Origin: Abditibacterium sp.
GTDB taxonomy: Bacteria > Armatimonadota > Abditibacteriia > Abditibacteriales > Abditibacteriaceae
Direction: 5' to 3'
DNA length: 64,000 nt
NCBI GenBank assembly: GCA_965199495.1
Contig: CBDASK010000003.1
Span: 3,808,001 to 3,872,000 of the forward strand
Part shown: positions 49,487-59,028 of the stretch, in pieces
How positions within the stretch are numbered: the first letter of the stretch is position 1
How the letters are laid out: each line of letters opens with the position of its first letter
The notes under the pieces: generated by a model
Told to the model about the DNA's origin: nothing
The model's database searches: none
What the model saw: the letters and a program-made list of their open reading frames with translations, nothing else
Position numbers and translations under genes: made by a program

Positions 49487-50776
49487 TTAATCTTGAAACT
49501 CGAAGCTAATCTTGCCAACATGAACGGTGTCGCCGACTTTGACGCCCGCCTCGCGCATTTCAGTCAGGGCGCCGTTTCTGTCCAGAATGCGATGCACATA
49601 AAACATCGCTTCGTCGTTGGTCGTGTTGAAGCGCTTCATTAAACGTTCGATGCTGCCGCCGCGCACTTCCCATTCGCTTTTGCCGTCGGCGAAGCGCGCG
49701 CTTTCGGTAATGTCCAACGGCTCGTCCGCCGTGGCTGTAGTGACGACCATCGGCTCTTCCTGCTGAGCGATGCGCTTTTCGCGCTCGACTTCGACGAAGT
49801 GCATCGCGCGCCACAACAACGGTTCGAGGCCCGATTGCGTCGCCGCACTGATGCGAAAGACTTCGCAACCACGCGCCACAAAACGCGCTTCGAGCGCCTC
49901 CACTTCGGGCATCAACTCGTCGTCAATGATATCCATTTTGGTGAGCGCCACCAACTGCGGGCGCTGAATCAGTTCGGCGTCCCACATCTTGAGTTCGCGA
50001 TTGATGCTCAGAAAATTGCGAAAAGCGTGCGGTTGCGTTGGGTCAACGAGGTGAATGAAAACCGGTGCGCGTTCGATATGCTTGAGAAATTGCTGGCCCA
50101 GACCAACGCCTTTATGAGCGCCGCGAATTAGGCCGGGAATATCGGCGGCCACGAAAATATGGCCGGGATCGAGTTTGACCACGCCCAAATTCGGCGTGAG
50201 TGTCGTAAACGGGTAAGCCGCGATTTTCGGTTTGGCCGCGCTAATTGCGCTCACCAAAGTTGATTTGCCCGCGTTGGGCAAGCCGATAAGAGCCACGTCG
50301 GCCAACAACTTCAGCGAAAGTAGCAACGTGCGCTCTTCGCCGTCGGCGCCGTTTTCGGAAAACTTGGGCGCGTGACGCGCGCTCGTGGTGAAATGCACGT
50401 TGCCGCGTCCACCCGTTCCGCCCGCCGCCGCCACATATTTTTGGCCGTTGGCGGTTAAATCGGCCAATTTTTCGCCGGTCGCTTTATCGAAAATCTGCGT
50501 GCCGATGGGAACCGGAATGCGCACCGATTTGCCGTCGCGCCCTTTGCGCCGCGAGCCTTCGCCGTGACGCCCGCGTTCGCCTTTGTGGTGACGTTGGCGC
50601 GACAGTTCTAATAAAGTCGCGCGATGCGGATCGGCGTAAAGTATCACTGAACCGCCCGCGCCGCCGTCGCCGCCGCTCGGCCCACCCAAAGGCACATATT
50701 TCTCGCGCCGAAAGGCCACGATGCCGTTGCCGCCGCCGCCCGCTTTCACTTCAATTGTCGCTTCATCAATAAACAT
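49487..50776 (-). CDS. obgE: GTPase Obg/CgtA
   Basis: MFIDEA..AGGGGNG..FRREKYVP, GLPNAGKST, YPFTTL, DIPGLI, C-terminal OCT domain. Confidence 0.97.
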   Translation of the reverse strand: MFIDEATIEVKAGGGGNGIVAFRREKYVPLGGPSGGDGGAGGSVILYADPHRATLLELSRQRHHKGERGRHGEGSRRKGRDGKSVRIPVPIGTQIFDKATGEKLADLTANGQKYVAAAGGTGGRGNVHFTTSARHAPKFSENGADGEERTLLLSLKLLADVALIGLPNAGKSTLVSAISAAKPKIAAYPFTTLTPNLGVVKLDPGHIFVAADIPGLIRGAHKGVGLGQQFLKHIERAPVFIHLVDPTQPHAFRNFLSINRELKMWDAELIQRPQLVALTKMDIIDDELMPEVEALEARFVARGCEVFRISAATQSGLEPLLWRAMHFVEVEREKRIAQQEEPMVVTTATADEPLDITESARFADGKSEWEVRGGSIERLMKRFNTTNDEAMFYVHRILDRNGALTEMREAGVKVGDTVHVGKISFEFQD

Positions 50777-50820
50777 TTGGCTCTAAGTGTAGTGTTTTGG
50801 CGGCGCGCTAATGACGCGAC

Positions 50821-51660
50821 TTAAAAATCGGTCGCCGTGGCTGCTGCTTCGCACGCGTCCAAATCGGCCTGCACCTGCCCGATTTTCTGGTGCGCCATAT
50901 CGTAGGCATCGGCGCCCAGAAACAGATGAAGCGGCGGCGCTTCCTGCGCGGCGATTTCGATGAGGACGCGCGCCGCTTTGTGCGGATCGCCCGGCTGGTT
51001 GCCCTTGACGCCCTCGTGAAACGCCTCCGATTCGCGCGCGCTCTGGTAGGCCGCGATGGGATTTTTCGCCAAATTGAGCGAGCCGCTATCCAGAAATTCG
51101 GTGCGGAAATAACCGGGATAAACAACCGTTACGCCGATGCCAAAGGGCGCGGCTTCGGCGCCCAGCGATTCGGACAGACCAGCCACGGCAAACTTGGTCG
51201 CGCAGTAAACGCCCCAACCGGCGAAACCGCCGTTGTAACCGCCGATGGATGAGATGTTGAAAATGTGCCCTGAACCCTGCGCGCGCAAATGCGGCATCGC
51301 AGCGCGCGTGACGTTGAGCAAACCGAAAACGTTGACCTCGAAGTTGGCGCGCGCCTCGGCGTCGGACAGCTCTTCGAGCGCGCCCAACTGCCCGTAACCG
51401 GCGTTGTTGACGACAACATCCAAACGGCTCCATTTCTCCAGCGTTTGCTGGAGCGCGTCGCCGACGCTTTGTTCGTCGCTCAAGTCGGTTTCGAGCGGCA
51501 GGAAGTTATCGGTTTCCTCGCTCACAGCTTCAACCAACGCCGACATTTGGCGCGAAGTCGCGGCGACGCGATGGCCCGCTTTGAGTAGTTCTTGCACTTG
51601 CGCCAAACCGAGGCCTTTGGAGGCGCCGGTGACAAACCAGATTTGTGAAGTGTTGTTCAT
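50821..51660 (-). CDS. SDR oxidoreductase
   Basis: WFVTGASKGLG, NNAGYG, YCATK, PGYFRT, QPGDP. Confidence 0.92.
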   Translation of the reverse strand: MNNTSQIWFVTGASKGLGLAQVQELLKAGHRVAATSRQMSALVEAVSEETDNFLPLETDLSDEQSVGDALQQTLEKWSRLDVVVNNAGYGQLGALEELSDAEARANFEVNVFGLLNVTRAAMPHLRAQGSGHIFNISSIGGYNGGFAGWGVYCATKFAVAGLSESLGAEAAPFGIGVTVVYPGYFRTEFLDSGSLNLAKNPIAAYQSARESEAFHEGVKGNQPGDPHKAARVLIEIAAQEAPPLHLFLGADAYDMAHQKIGQVQADLDACEAAATATDF

Positions 51661-51832
51661 AATTGATGGACGCGATGCAGCCACGTCCGCCGTGGCTGCA
51701 TGGTGTGCCCGACTTTAAGTTAGCTCTCACTGGCGATAAATGTGATGGCACATTGCTCGCCTATTCTTGCCCGATTGTCCAGAAGTTGCTTTGGGACGCA
51801 ACTTGTCGCGCTCCGAGAAGTTGGAATCTGTC

Positions 51833-52753
51833 ATGTCTGCCAATCCCGCGTTTGTCGCGCCGCCCACGGAATTAGCGGCCTTGGTCGAGCGCTTCACCGG
51901 TTGCGATGGCGCGCACCAAACGGCGATTGAGGCGCTGACGCTCTACCGGTTTTCGCGGCCCGCGCAACCGTTTCACGGCGTTTACCGACCGGCGTTGTGT
52001 CTTATCCCGCAGGGCCGCAAGTTGGTGATGCTGGGCGATGAGACGTTGCAATACGATCCGTCCCACTTTTTGCTGAGCGCGGTCGAATTGCCGGTCGCCA
52101 CGCACACACTGGAAGCGACGCCGCAAACGCCTTATTTGGGGTTGCAACTCGAACTCGATCCGCGACAGATCGGCGCGCTGCTCGCCGAAACTGATTTGCC
52201 CAATTGTCCCGCTCGACAAGAGCCGACGCGCGGTTTGGCGGTCGGGCGCATTGACGCGCCGTTGCTCGATGCCGTGACGCGTTTGCTGCGCTTGCTGGAT
52301 CAGCCGCGACACATCGGCGCGCTCGCGCCGCTCGTCGTGCGCGAGATTTCGTATCTTTTGCTTGTGGGCGAGCAGGGCGACAAACTGCGGCGCATCGCCA
52401 CGCTCAACGGCGAAACGCGCGGTATCGGTGCGGCGCTCGATTGGATTAAAACCAATTTCGCGCAACCCTGTCGCATCGAAGAAATCGCTCAGCGCGCGCA
52501 TATGAGCCGTTCGGGTTTGCACCAGCACTTCAAGGCCGTGACCGCGATGACGCCGCTCCAATATCAAAAGCAGTTGCGTTTGCAGGAAGCGCGGCGCCTG
52601 ATGCTCAACGAGCGCGCCGATGCAGCCACGGCGTGCTATCGCGTGGGCTACGAAAGCCCGTCGCAGTTTTCGCGCGAGTATCGCCGGATGTTTGGCCAGT
52701 CGCCGCGCCGCGACATCGCGCGTTTGCGCGCGGCGCAATGGGACGCGCTTTGA
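51833..52753 (+). CDS. AraC-family transcriptional regulator (YqhC-like)
   Basis: AraC N-domain (QGRK), FKAVTAMTPLQYQKQLRL, VGYESPSQFSREYRRMFG. Confidence 0.93.
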   Translation: MSANPAFVAPPTELAALVERFTGCDGAHQTAIEALTLYRFSRPAQPFHGVYRPALCLIPQGRKLVMLGDETLQYDPSHFLLSAVELPVATHTLEATPQTPYLGLQLELDPRQIGALLAETDLPNCPARQEPTRGLAVGRIDAPLLDAVTRLLRLLDQPRHIGALAPLVVREISYLLLVGEQGDKLRRIATLNGETRGIGAALDWIKTNFAQPCRIEEIAQRAHMSRSGLHQHFKAVTAMTPLQYQKQLRLQEARRLMLNERADAATACYRVGYESPSQFSREYRRMFGQSPRRDIARLRAAQWDAL

Positions 52754-52803
52754 ACATCAAAGGCGCGCGAATTGCGACGCCGCCAACCAGCAGGAAAACA
52801 AAA

Positions 52804-53625
52804 ATGACAAACAAAATTTGGTTTATCACCGGAACATCGAAGGGCTTTGGCCGCATCTGGGCGCAGGCCGCGCTCGACCGAGGCGACAAAGTTATCGCCA
52901 CCGCGCGCGATTTGAACGACTTGAGCGATTTGCAAGACAAATACGGCGACAACGTTTTGACGCTGGCGCTCGACGTGACCGACAAAGATGCTTGTCGGGA
53001 AGCGGTGAAACGCGGCCATGACAAGTTTGGGCGTTTGGATGTTGTGGTCAACAACGCCGGTTACGGGCAGTTCGGCGCCGTCGAGGAGTTGAGCGAGCAA
53101 GATTTGCGCGACCAACTCGAAACCAATCTCTTCGGCGTTTTGTGGGTGACGCAAGCGGCGCTTCCGATTATGCGCGAGCAGGGAAGCGGGCGCATCATTC
53201 AAATTTCGAGTATTGCGGGCACGACGGCGTTTGCGCTCATCGGCGCTTATCACGCCAGCAAATGGGCGCTGGAAGGGCTGAGTCAATCGTTGGCTCTGGA
53301 AGTCAAAGATAGGGGCATTCACGTCACGCTCGTTGAGCCGGTCGGCTACTCGACCGATTGGGCCGGGCCGTCATCCAAAACCGCCGAGCCATTGCCCGCT
53401 TACGACTCCACGCGCGAGGCAATGCAGGAACGGCGCAAAAAGATGAAGACCGGCGACCCGCAAGCGACGGCTGCGGTGATGCTGCAATTGGCCGATATGG
53501 ACGAGCCGCCGTTGCGGATTTTCTTCGGCGATTGGGCCAACGGCATGATTCACGAAGAGTATCAAAAGCGTCTGGACGAGTGGGACAAATACCAAAACTT
53601 GAGCGTCGAGGCGATGGGAACTTAG
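52804..53625 (+). CDS. SDR oxidoreductase
   Basis: WFITGTSKGFG, NNAGYG, YHASK. Confidence 0.92.
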   Translation: MTNKIWFITGTSKGFGRIWAQAALDRGDKVIATARDLNDLSDLQDKYGDNVLTLALDVTDKDACREAVKRGHDKFGRLDVVVNNAGYGQFGAVEELSEQDLRDQLETNLFGVLWVTQAALPIMREQGSGRIIQISSIAGTTAFALIGAYHASKWALEGLSQSLALEVKDRGIHVTLVEPVGYSTDWAGPSSKTAEPLPAYDSTREAMQERRKKMKTGDPQATAAVMLQLADMDEPPLRIFFGDWANGMIHEEYQKRLDEWDKYQNLSVEAMGT

Positions 53626-53633
53626 ATCGGAGT

Positions 53634-53669
53634 AAAGCGCGGGTTTCAAGGATTTGAAATTCGCGCTTT
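53634..53669 (+). terminator. Probable intrinsic terminator
   Basis: AAAGCGCGGGTTTCAA..TTGAAATTCGCGCTTT hairpin after the SDR gene. Confidence 0.65.
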
Positions 53670-53847
53670 GCTTTATCTGGCGCGAAAGGGCGCCTACAAG
53701 CGATAAAACAGACGAAGGTGGCTTTTGGCGTGAACACTTTCGATGCAATTAACCATGTTTAGAGGCCGCGCATCGGTTGCGCGTTGACCCGCGCCGCTAA
53801 AACAATGAAAATATAGAGGGCGCGTTTGGAATACGCCTCCCATTTTT

Positions 53848-54771
53848 ATGGTTTCTCACCCTTGTGATGTTGTGGTAATCGGTTCGGCGAACATGGATAT
53901 GACGGTGCGCTGCAAGCACCTGCCCATTCCCGGCCAAACGATTTTAGGCGATTCGTTCGTGACCAATCCCGGCGGCAAAGGCGCCAATCAAGCGTTCGCT
54001 TCGGCGCTGTGCGGCGCGACGACGCAACTGGTCGCGCGCGTGGGTAACGGCATGTTCGTGCCGCGCTTCATCGAAAATTATGAGCGCGTCGGCATGTCGC
54101 ACGATTATCTGATCCGCGACAAAAACACGCCATCGGGCACGGCGCTGATTTTCGTGGACGAAGAGGGCGAAAACATGATCGTCGTCGCACCCGGCGCCAA
54201 CCAAAAGCTCACGCCCGCAAACGTGGACGCGGCTCTACCCGCGATTCAGAACGCCAAAGTTGTGATTCTGCAATTGGAAATTCCGCTCGAAACCGTGATT
54301 CACGCGGCCCAACTCGCCAAACAAAACAACGCGACCGTCATTCTCAATCCGGCCCCGGTGCGCGCTTTGCCGCCCGCTTTGTTGGAAAATGTGGATATTA
54401 TCGTCGCCAACGAAATCGAAATCGCGATTTTAACCGGCGCCGAAGAAGTGGATACTTCAACCGCCGCACAGGCGTGCAAACCTTTAATTGAGGCGGGCGT
54501 GGATCACGTTATTACAACTTTGGGCAAAGATGGCGCTGTTATCACATCCGGCGATGGCGCGACCAAAGTGCGCGGCTTCAAAGTGGACGCCATTGATACC
54601 ACGTCGGCGGGCGATACTTTCGTCGGCGCCCTCGCTTGTGCGTTGACCGAGGGCAAATCGCTCGAAGACGCGACTTCGTTCGCCAACGCGGCGGGCGCGC
54701 TGACCTGCACCAAAATCGGCGCGCAACAAGCGATGCCCACGCGCGAAGAAGTGGACGCGATGCTCGCTTAA
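53848..54771 (+). CDS. rbsK: Ribokinase
   Basis: GSANMD, PGGKGANQA, QLEIP, NPAP, NEIE, DTTSAGDTF. Confidence 0.93.
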   Translation: MVSHPCDVVVIGSANMDMTVRCKHLPIPGQTILGDSFVTNPGGKGANQAFASALCGATTQLVARVGNGMFVPRFIENYERVGMSHDYLIRDKNTPSGTALIFVDEEGENMIVVAPGANQKLTPANVDAALPAIQNAKVVILQLEIPLETVIHAAQLAKQNNATVILNPAPVRALPPALLENVDIIVANEIEIAILTGAEEVDTSTAAQACKPLIEAGVDHVITTLGKDGAVITSGDGATKVRGFKVDAIDTTSAGDTFVGALACALTEGKSLEDATSFANAAGALTCTKIGAQQAMPTREEVDAMLA

Positions 54772-54892
54772 CAGGAGACAGAAGACAGGAGACGAGGGAG
54801 ACAGAAGATTGAGGTCAGCGTAATATTCGCGTGTAAACTCAGACTTTACCTTTCGCGTTACGCCTACCAATTCTCCTGTCTCCTGTCTCCTG
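54772..54892. repeat. Inverted element with heptamer-tandem arms (CAGGAGA variant), copy D
   Basis: CAGGAGA CAGAAGA CAGGAGA .. / TCTCCTG TCTCCTG TCTCCTG. Confidence 0.8.
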
Positions 54893-54898
54893 AACACA

Positions 54899-56317
54899 AT
54901 GCCTTTTCTCGAACTGACTCCGCGCCAAATTGTGGCGCAACTCGATCAATATATCATCGGCCAAAACGGCGCCAAGCGCGCCGTGGCTGTGGCGCTGCGC
55001 AACCGCTTTCGGCGCGCCCAACTCGAACCCTCAATGCGCGCTGATGTCGCGCCCAAAAACATTTTGATGATCGGGCCAACTGGCGTCGGCAAAACCGAAA
55101 TCGCGCGCCGTCTGGCCTCGCTTGCCAACGCGCCCCTACTCAAAATTGAGGCGACGAAATTTACCGAATTGGGTTATGTTGGGCGCGATGTGGATTCCAT
55201 CGCGCGCGACTTGGTGGACGTATCTGTCGCGATGGTCGAGCGCGAACGTTTGGAAGAGGCCAAGCCGCGCGCCGAAACGGCGGCGCGCGAACGGTTGCTC
55301 GATTTGCTGGCGCCGCCACCGCGCGGGGCCGCGCAAAACGCGCCGGGCGGTGCCAATCCGTTTGGCGCCAATTTTCCCGGTTTGTGGCCGCAATCGCAGC
55401 CGCTCACCGAGACCGACCGCGTGCAGGCCGAACAAGCCAAACGTCTGCGTGACCGCATGAGCCAAAAATTGGATGCGGGCGAACTGGAAGATTCCGAAGT
55501 CGAACTCGAAGTCGAGGAAAAACGTGGCGGCAACGGCGGAATGCCGTTTATGATGATGGAAAGCGGCAGCGCCGATCTGGGTGAAATGCTGTCGGGCATG
55601 ATGCCGGGCACGCGCAAAAACCGCCGCATGAAAGTTTCCGAAGCGCGCGTAACTTTGGAAGCGCAGGAAGCCGAAAAACTGCTCGACCGCGACGCCATCG
55701 CTTCCGATGCCATCGCGCGCGCGCAGGAACGTGGCATTGTTTTCTTAGACGAAATCGATAAAATCGCCGGGCGCGGGGCCGGAAGCGGCGGCCCGCAGGT
55801 TTCGCGCGAAGGCGTGCAACGCGATTTGTTGCCGCTCGTGGAAGGCGCGACGGTTTCGACGAAATACGGGCCAGTCAAAACCGATCACGTTTTGTTCATT
55901 GCGGCGGGCGCGTTTCACGTTTCCAAGCCGAGCGATTTAATTCCCGAACTGCAAGGAAGATTTCCGGTTCGCGTCGAGTTAGAGCCGCTCATCGAAGACG
56001 ACTTGCGGCGCATTCTGGCCGAGCCGCATCATTCGCTGTTGCAGCAATATTCGGCGCTGTTGGGCGCCGATGGCGTGCAAATCGAGTGGAGCGACGAAGG
56101 CATCGCCGAAATCGCGCGCTTGGCGATTCAGGTCAATCACTCGACCGAAGACATCGGCGCGCGCCGACTTCATACGTTGCTGGAAAAAGTGTTGGAAGAA
56201 GTCGCGTTCGAGGCGCCCGAAGGCGACGAATCGAAAATCGTCGTGGACAGATTTTACGTGCGCGCGCGTTTGGCGCATTTGATTGACGACGACGAACTCA
56301 GCCGCATGATGTTGTAA
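54899..56317 (+). CDS. hslU: ATP-dependent protease ATPase subunit HslU
   Basis: PKNILMIGPTGVGKTEIARR, GYVGRDV, LDEIDK, VSREGVQRD, IGARRL. Confidence 0.97.
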   Translation: MPFLELTPRQIVAQLDQYIIGQNGAKRAVAVALRNRFRRAQLEPSMRADVAPKNILMIGPTGVGKTEIARRLASLANAPLLKIEATKFTELGYVGRDVDSIARDLVDVSVAMVERERLEEAKPRAETAARERLLDLLAPPPRGAAQNAPGGANPFGANFPGLWPQSQPLTETDRVQAEQAKRLRDRMSQKLDAGELEDSEVELEVEEKRGGNGGMPFMMMESGSADLGEMLSGMMPGTRKNRRMKVSEARVTLEAQEAEKLLDRDAIASDAIARAQERGIVFLDEIDKIAGRGAGSGGPQVSREGVQRDLLPLVEGATVSTKYGPVKTDHVLFIAAGAFHVSKPSDLIPELQGRFPVRVELEPLIEDDLRRILAEPHHSLLQQYSALLGADGVQIEWSDEGIAEIARLAIQVNHSTEDIGARRLHTLLEKVLEEVAFEAPEGDESKIVVDRFYVRARLAHLIDDDELSRMML

Positions 56318-56332
56318 GTTTGCGAAGATATT

Positions 56333-56449
56333 ATGGATGAAAATGGGAAAATATTTTTACTGACTTTGATTGGAACTTTGGTAACGCTTGTATTTATCTG
56401 CGTTCTTATTTTCTTCGTGTCCTTGATTCTTAGCCATAGCGTGCTTTAG
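56333..56449 (+). CDS. Putative small single-pass membrane protein (38 aa)
   Basis: MDENGKIFLLTLIGTLVTLVFICVLIFFVSLILSHSVL* nearly fills the hslU-gmd gap; below the ORF-track length cutoff. Confidence 0.5.
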   Translation: MDENGKIFLLTLIGTLVTLVFICVLIFFVSLILSHSVL

Positions 56450-56463
56450 AGATTAGAAAATTT

Positions 56464-57468
56464 ATGCCCAACGCACTTATTACCGGAATTAACGGGCAAG
56501 ACGGCGCCTACTTAGCGCATTTGCTCATCGGGCGCGGCTATCGCGTTTGGGGCGCGATGCGTTATGAGTCGTGGAGTGCAGCCACGCCGTCGCGGGCGCT
56601 GACAGCTTTGGGCGTCGCCGACCAAATCGCGCTGTTGCCGGTGGATTTCGAGAGCGTGCCTTCGCTGGCGTGCGCGATTTCGGCGGCGCAGCCCGACGAG
56701 ATTTATAATCTGGCGGCGCAAAGTTCGGTCGCGGCCTCGTTCCAAGAGCCGACGCAAACCGGCGAAGTCACGGCCTTAGGCGTGGCGCGCTTGCTGGAAG
56801 CGGCTCGCTCGATCAAGCCCGACGCGAAATTTTATCAAGCGGGCAGTTCCGAAATGTTCGGCATCGCGCGCGAAACGCCCCAAGTCGAAACCACGCCGTT
56901 TTATCCGCGCTCGCCCTATGGCGTGGCCAAGGTTTATGCGCATTGGATGACGGTGAATTCGCGCGAGGCTTACGACGTTTTCGCGTGCAACGGCATTTTG
57001 TTCAACCACGAATCGCCCCTGCGCCCGGAAAAGTTCGTGACGCGCAAAATCTGCGCGGGCGTCGCGCGCATCAAAGCCGGATTGGACAAAGAATTGGTTT
57101 TGGGCAATTTGGACGTGTCGCGCGATTGGGGTTTCGCGGGCGATTATGTTGCCGCGATGTTCGCCATGATGCAAGCCACAGCGCCCGACGATTACATTAT
57201 TGCGACGGGCGAAGTGCAGACGCTGCGCAATTTCGTGGTCGGCGCGTTCGATTGTGTTGATCTGGATTGGGAAAAATATGTGCGCATTGACCCGGCGTTT
57301 TTCCGCCCGACCGAAGTCAACATCGTCGTCGGTGACCCGACCAAGGCGCGCGAAAAATTGGGTTGGGAGCCGTCAATGAATTTTGCCGAACTCATCGAGT
57401 TTTTGATGGAAGCCGAAATGCACCGCGTCAACGGTCGGCCCGATTTGGTGCGTTATTATCCCTCGTAG
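56464..57468 (+). CDS. gmd: GDP-mannose 4,6-dehydratase
   Basis: ALITGINGQDGAYL, YNLAAQS, SSEMFG, PRSPYGVAK, FNHESP, FVTRKI, RDWG. Confidence 0.95.
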   Translation: MPNALITGINGQDGAYLAHLLIGRGYRVWGAMRYESWSAATPSRALTALGVADQIALLPVDFESVPSLACAISAAQPDEIYNLAAQSSVAASFQEPTQTGEVTALGVARLLEAARSIKPDAKFYQAGSSEMFGIARETPQVETTPFYPRSPYGVAKVYAHWMTVNSREAYDVFACNGILFNHESPLRPEKFVTRKICAGVARIKAGLDKELVLGNLDVSRDWGFAGDYVAAMFAMMQATAPDDYIIATGEVQTLRNFVVGAFDCVDLDWEKYVRIDPAFFRPTEVNIVVGDPTKAREKLGWEPSMNFAELIEFLMEAEMHRVNGRPDLVRYYPS

Positions 57469-57551
57469 GGGCGGGGTTCTCCCGCCCGATTACAAAATTC
57501 CGATAAGTCGCTGACGGCGATACCATTTGGGCGGGAGAACCCCGCCCCTAC
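57465..57551. repeat. GTAG-type REP doublet
   Basis: GTAGGGGCGGGGTTCTCCCGCCC ... GGGCGGGAGAACCCCGCCCCTAC; supplies the gmd stop codon TAG. Confidence 0.9.
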
Positions 57552-57596
57552 AATTGACGTGGCCGCGACATTTGTAACTTCTGCGCGCAAATTTTA

Positions 57597-58808
57597 ATGT
57601 TCGATTCTCTTCCCATTCATCCCGCCGATGTGCGCGCAGCGCAAACGCGCATCGCGGGCGGCGTGAAACGCACGCCGTGTCGCCGGACGAATTTAGCGGG
57701 TTTAGACCTGTTTCTCAAGTTCGATAATCGCCAGGAAACCCATTCGTTCAAAGAGCGGGGCGCGCTCAACAAACTGCTGTGCCTGAGCGACGACGAAAAA
57801 GCGCGCGGCGTTATCACGGCTTCGGCGGGCAATCATGCGCAGGCGGTGGCTTGTCACGCCGGGCGGTTGGGCATTACGGCGCTGATCGCGATGCCGGTTG
57901 GCACGCCCTTCAACAAAATCTTGCGCACGCGCTCTTATGGCGCTGATGTGGTTTTGCATGGCGATAATTACGACGAAGCGCAAACTCACGCGCGCACGTT
58001 GGCGCAGCAGACCGGCAAAGTTTGGGTCGCGGCGTTCGATGATCCGCTCGTGATGGCCGGGCAGGGCACGCTCGGTTTAGAAATGCTCGAAGATTGGCCT
58101 GACCTCGATTGTTTGGTGATTCCCATCGGCGGCGGCGGGCTGATTGCGGGTTGCGCGGTCGCGGCCAAATCGGTCAATCCCGACATCGAAATCATCGGCG
58201 TGCAGTCGGCGCTTTATCCGGCGATGAAAGAAGTCATCGAAGGCCGCTCGCTGCCCCAACGGCGCGGACGATCCATCGCCGAAGGCATCGCGGTCAAGGA
58301 ACCGGGTGTTTTAACGCGAGAGGTCGTGGCGGCGCTGGTTTCGCGCATCGAATTGGTGGACGAACATCAAATCGAGGACGCGATCAATCTGTTGCTCGAA
58401 GAAGAAAAAACCCTCGCCGAAGGCGCGGGCGCGGCGGGCGTGGCTTATGTTTTGGCGCATTCCGATGAGTTCAGGGGCAAGAAAGTCGGACTGCCGATTT
58501 GTGGCGGCAACCTCGATATGCGGATGCTGGCGACCTGTTTAATGCGCGGATTGGCGCGCGGTGGCCGCATCGCCGCCCTCACGATTTTGCTGGACGATGT
58601 GCCGGGCGGGTTGGCGCGCAGCACCGAAATCATCGCGCGCGAAGGCGGCAACGTCATCGAAGTCCAGCATCAGCGCCAGTTCGGCATCACCGGCTCGCAG
58701 GTCGAACTCAATATCACTGTTGAAACGCAAGACAAAGCGCATTTGCAAGATATTTTGGGCGCCCTGCGCGCGCAAGACTTGAACGTAATTTCGCATCACG
58801 CGGCGTGA
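57597..58808 (+). CDS. Threonine ammonia-lyase with C-terminal ACT domain
   Basis: SFKERGA PLP lysine, SAGNHAQ, GQGT, GGGGLI, GGNLD, single ACT domain. Confidence 0.93.
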   Translation: MFDSLPIHPADVRAAQTRIAGGVKRTPCRRTNLAGLDLFLKFDNRQETHSFKERGALNKLLCLSDDEKARGVITASAGNHAQAVACHAGRLGITALIAMPVGTPFNKILRTRSYGADVVLHGDNYDEAQTHARTLAQQTGKVWVAAFDDPLVMAGQGTLGLEMLEDWPDLDCLVIPIGGGGLIAGCAVAAKSVNPDIEIIGVQSALYPAMKEVIEGRSLPQRRGRSIAEGIAVKEPGVLTREVVAALVSRIELVDEHQIEDAINLLLEEEKTLAEGAGAAGVAYVLAHSDEFRGKKVGLPICGGNLDMRMLATCLMRGLARGGRIAALTILLDDVPGGLARSTEIIAREGGNVIEVQHQRQFGITGSQVELNITVETQDKAHLQDILGALRAQDLNVISHHAA

Positions 58809-58834
58809 TTTGTAAATTTAGGGGAACAACTTTG

Positions 58835-58965
58835 CCACAAAAACACAGAAATCACAAAGGGCACAAAAATTCAAAAATACTTAGTCGAACTTTCTTCATT
58901 GAAATAATGTTCTTCAAAACCTTTGGCATTTTTTTGTGCCCTTTGTGATTTCTGTGTTTTTGTGG
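58835..58965. repeat. Inverted element with 9-nt-periodic CACA(A/G)A arms, copy C
   Basis: CCACAAAAACACAGAAATCACAAAGGGCACAAAAA ... TTTTTGTGCCCTTTGTGATTTCTGTGTTTTTGTGG. Confidence 0.9.
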
Positions 58966-59028
58966 TCAAAAATCGTTCGCCTAAATCCGCGACACTATAG
59001 CCCTTCTCGCTCAGTAAGCTACAATGTC

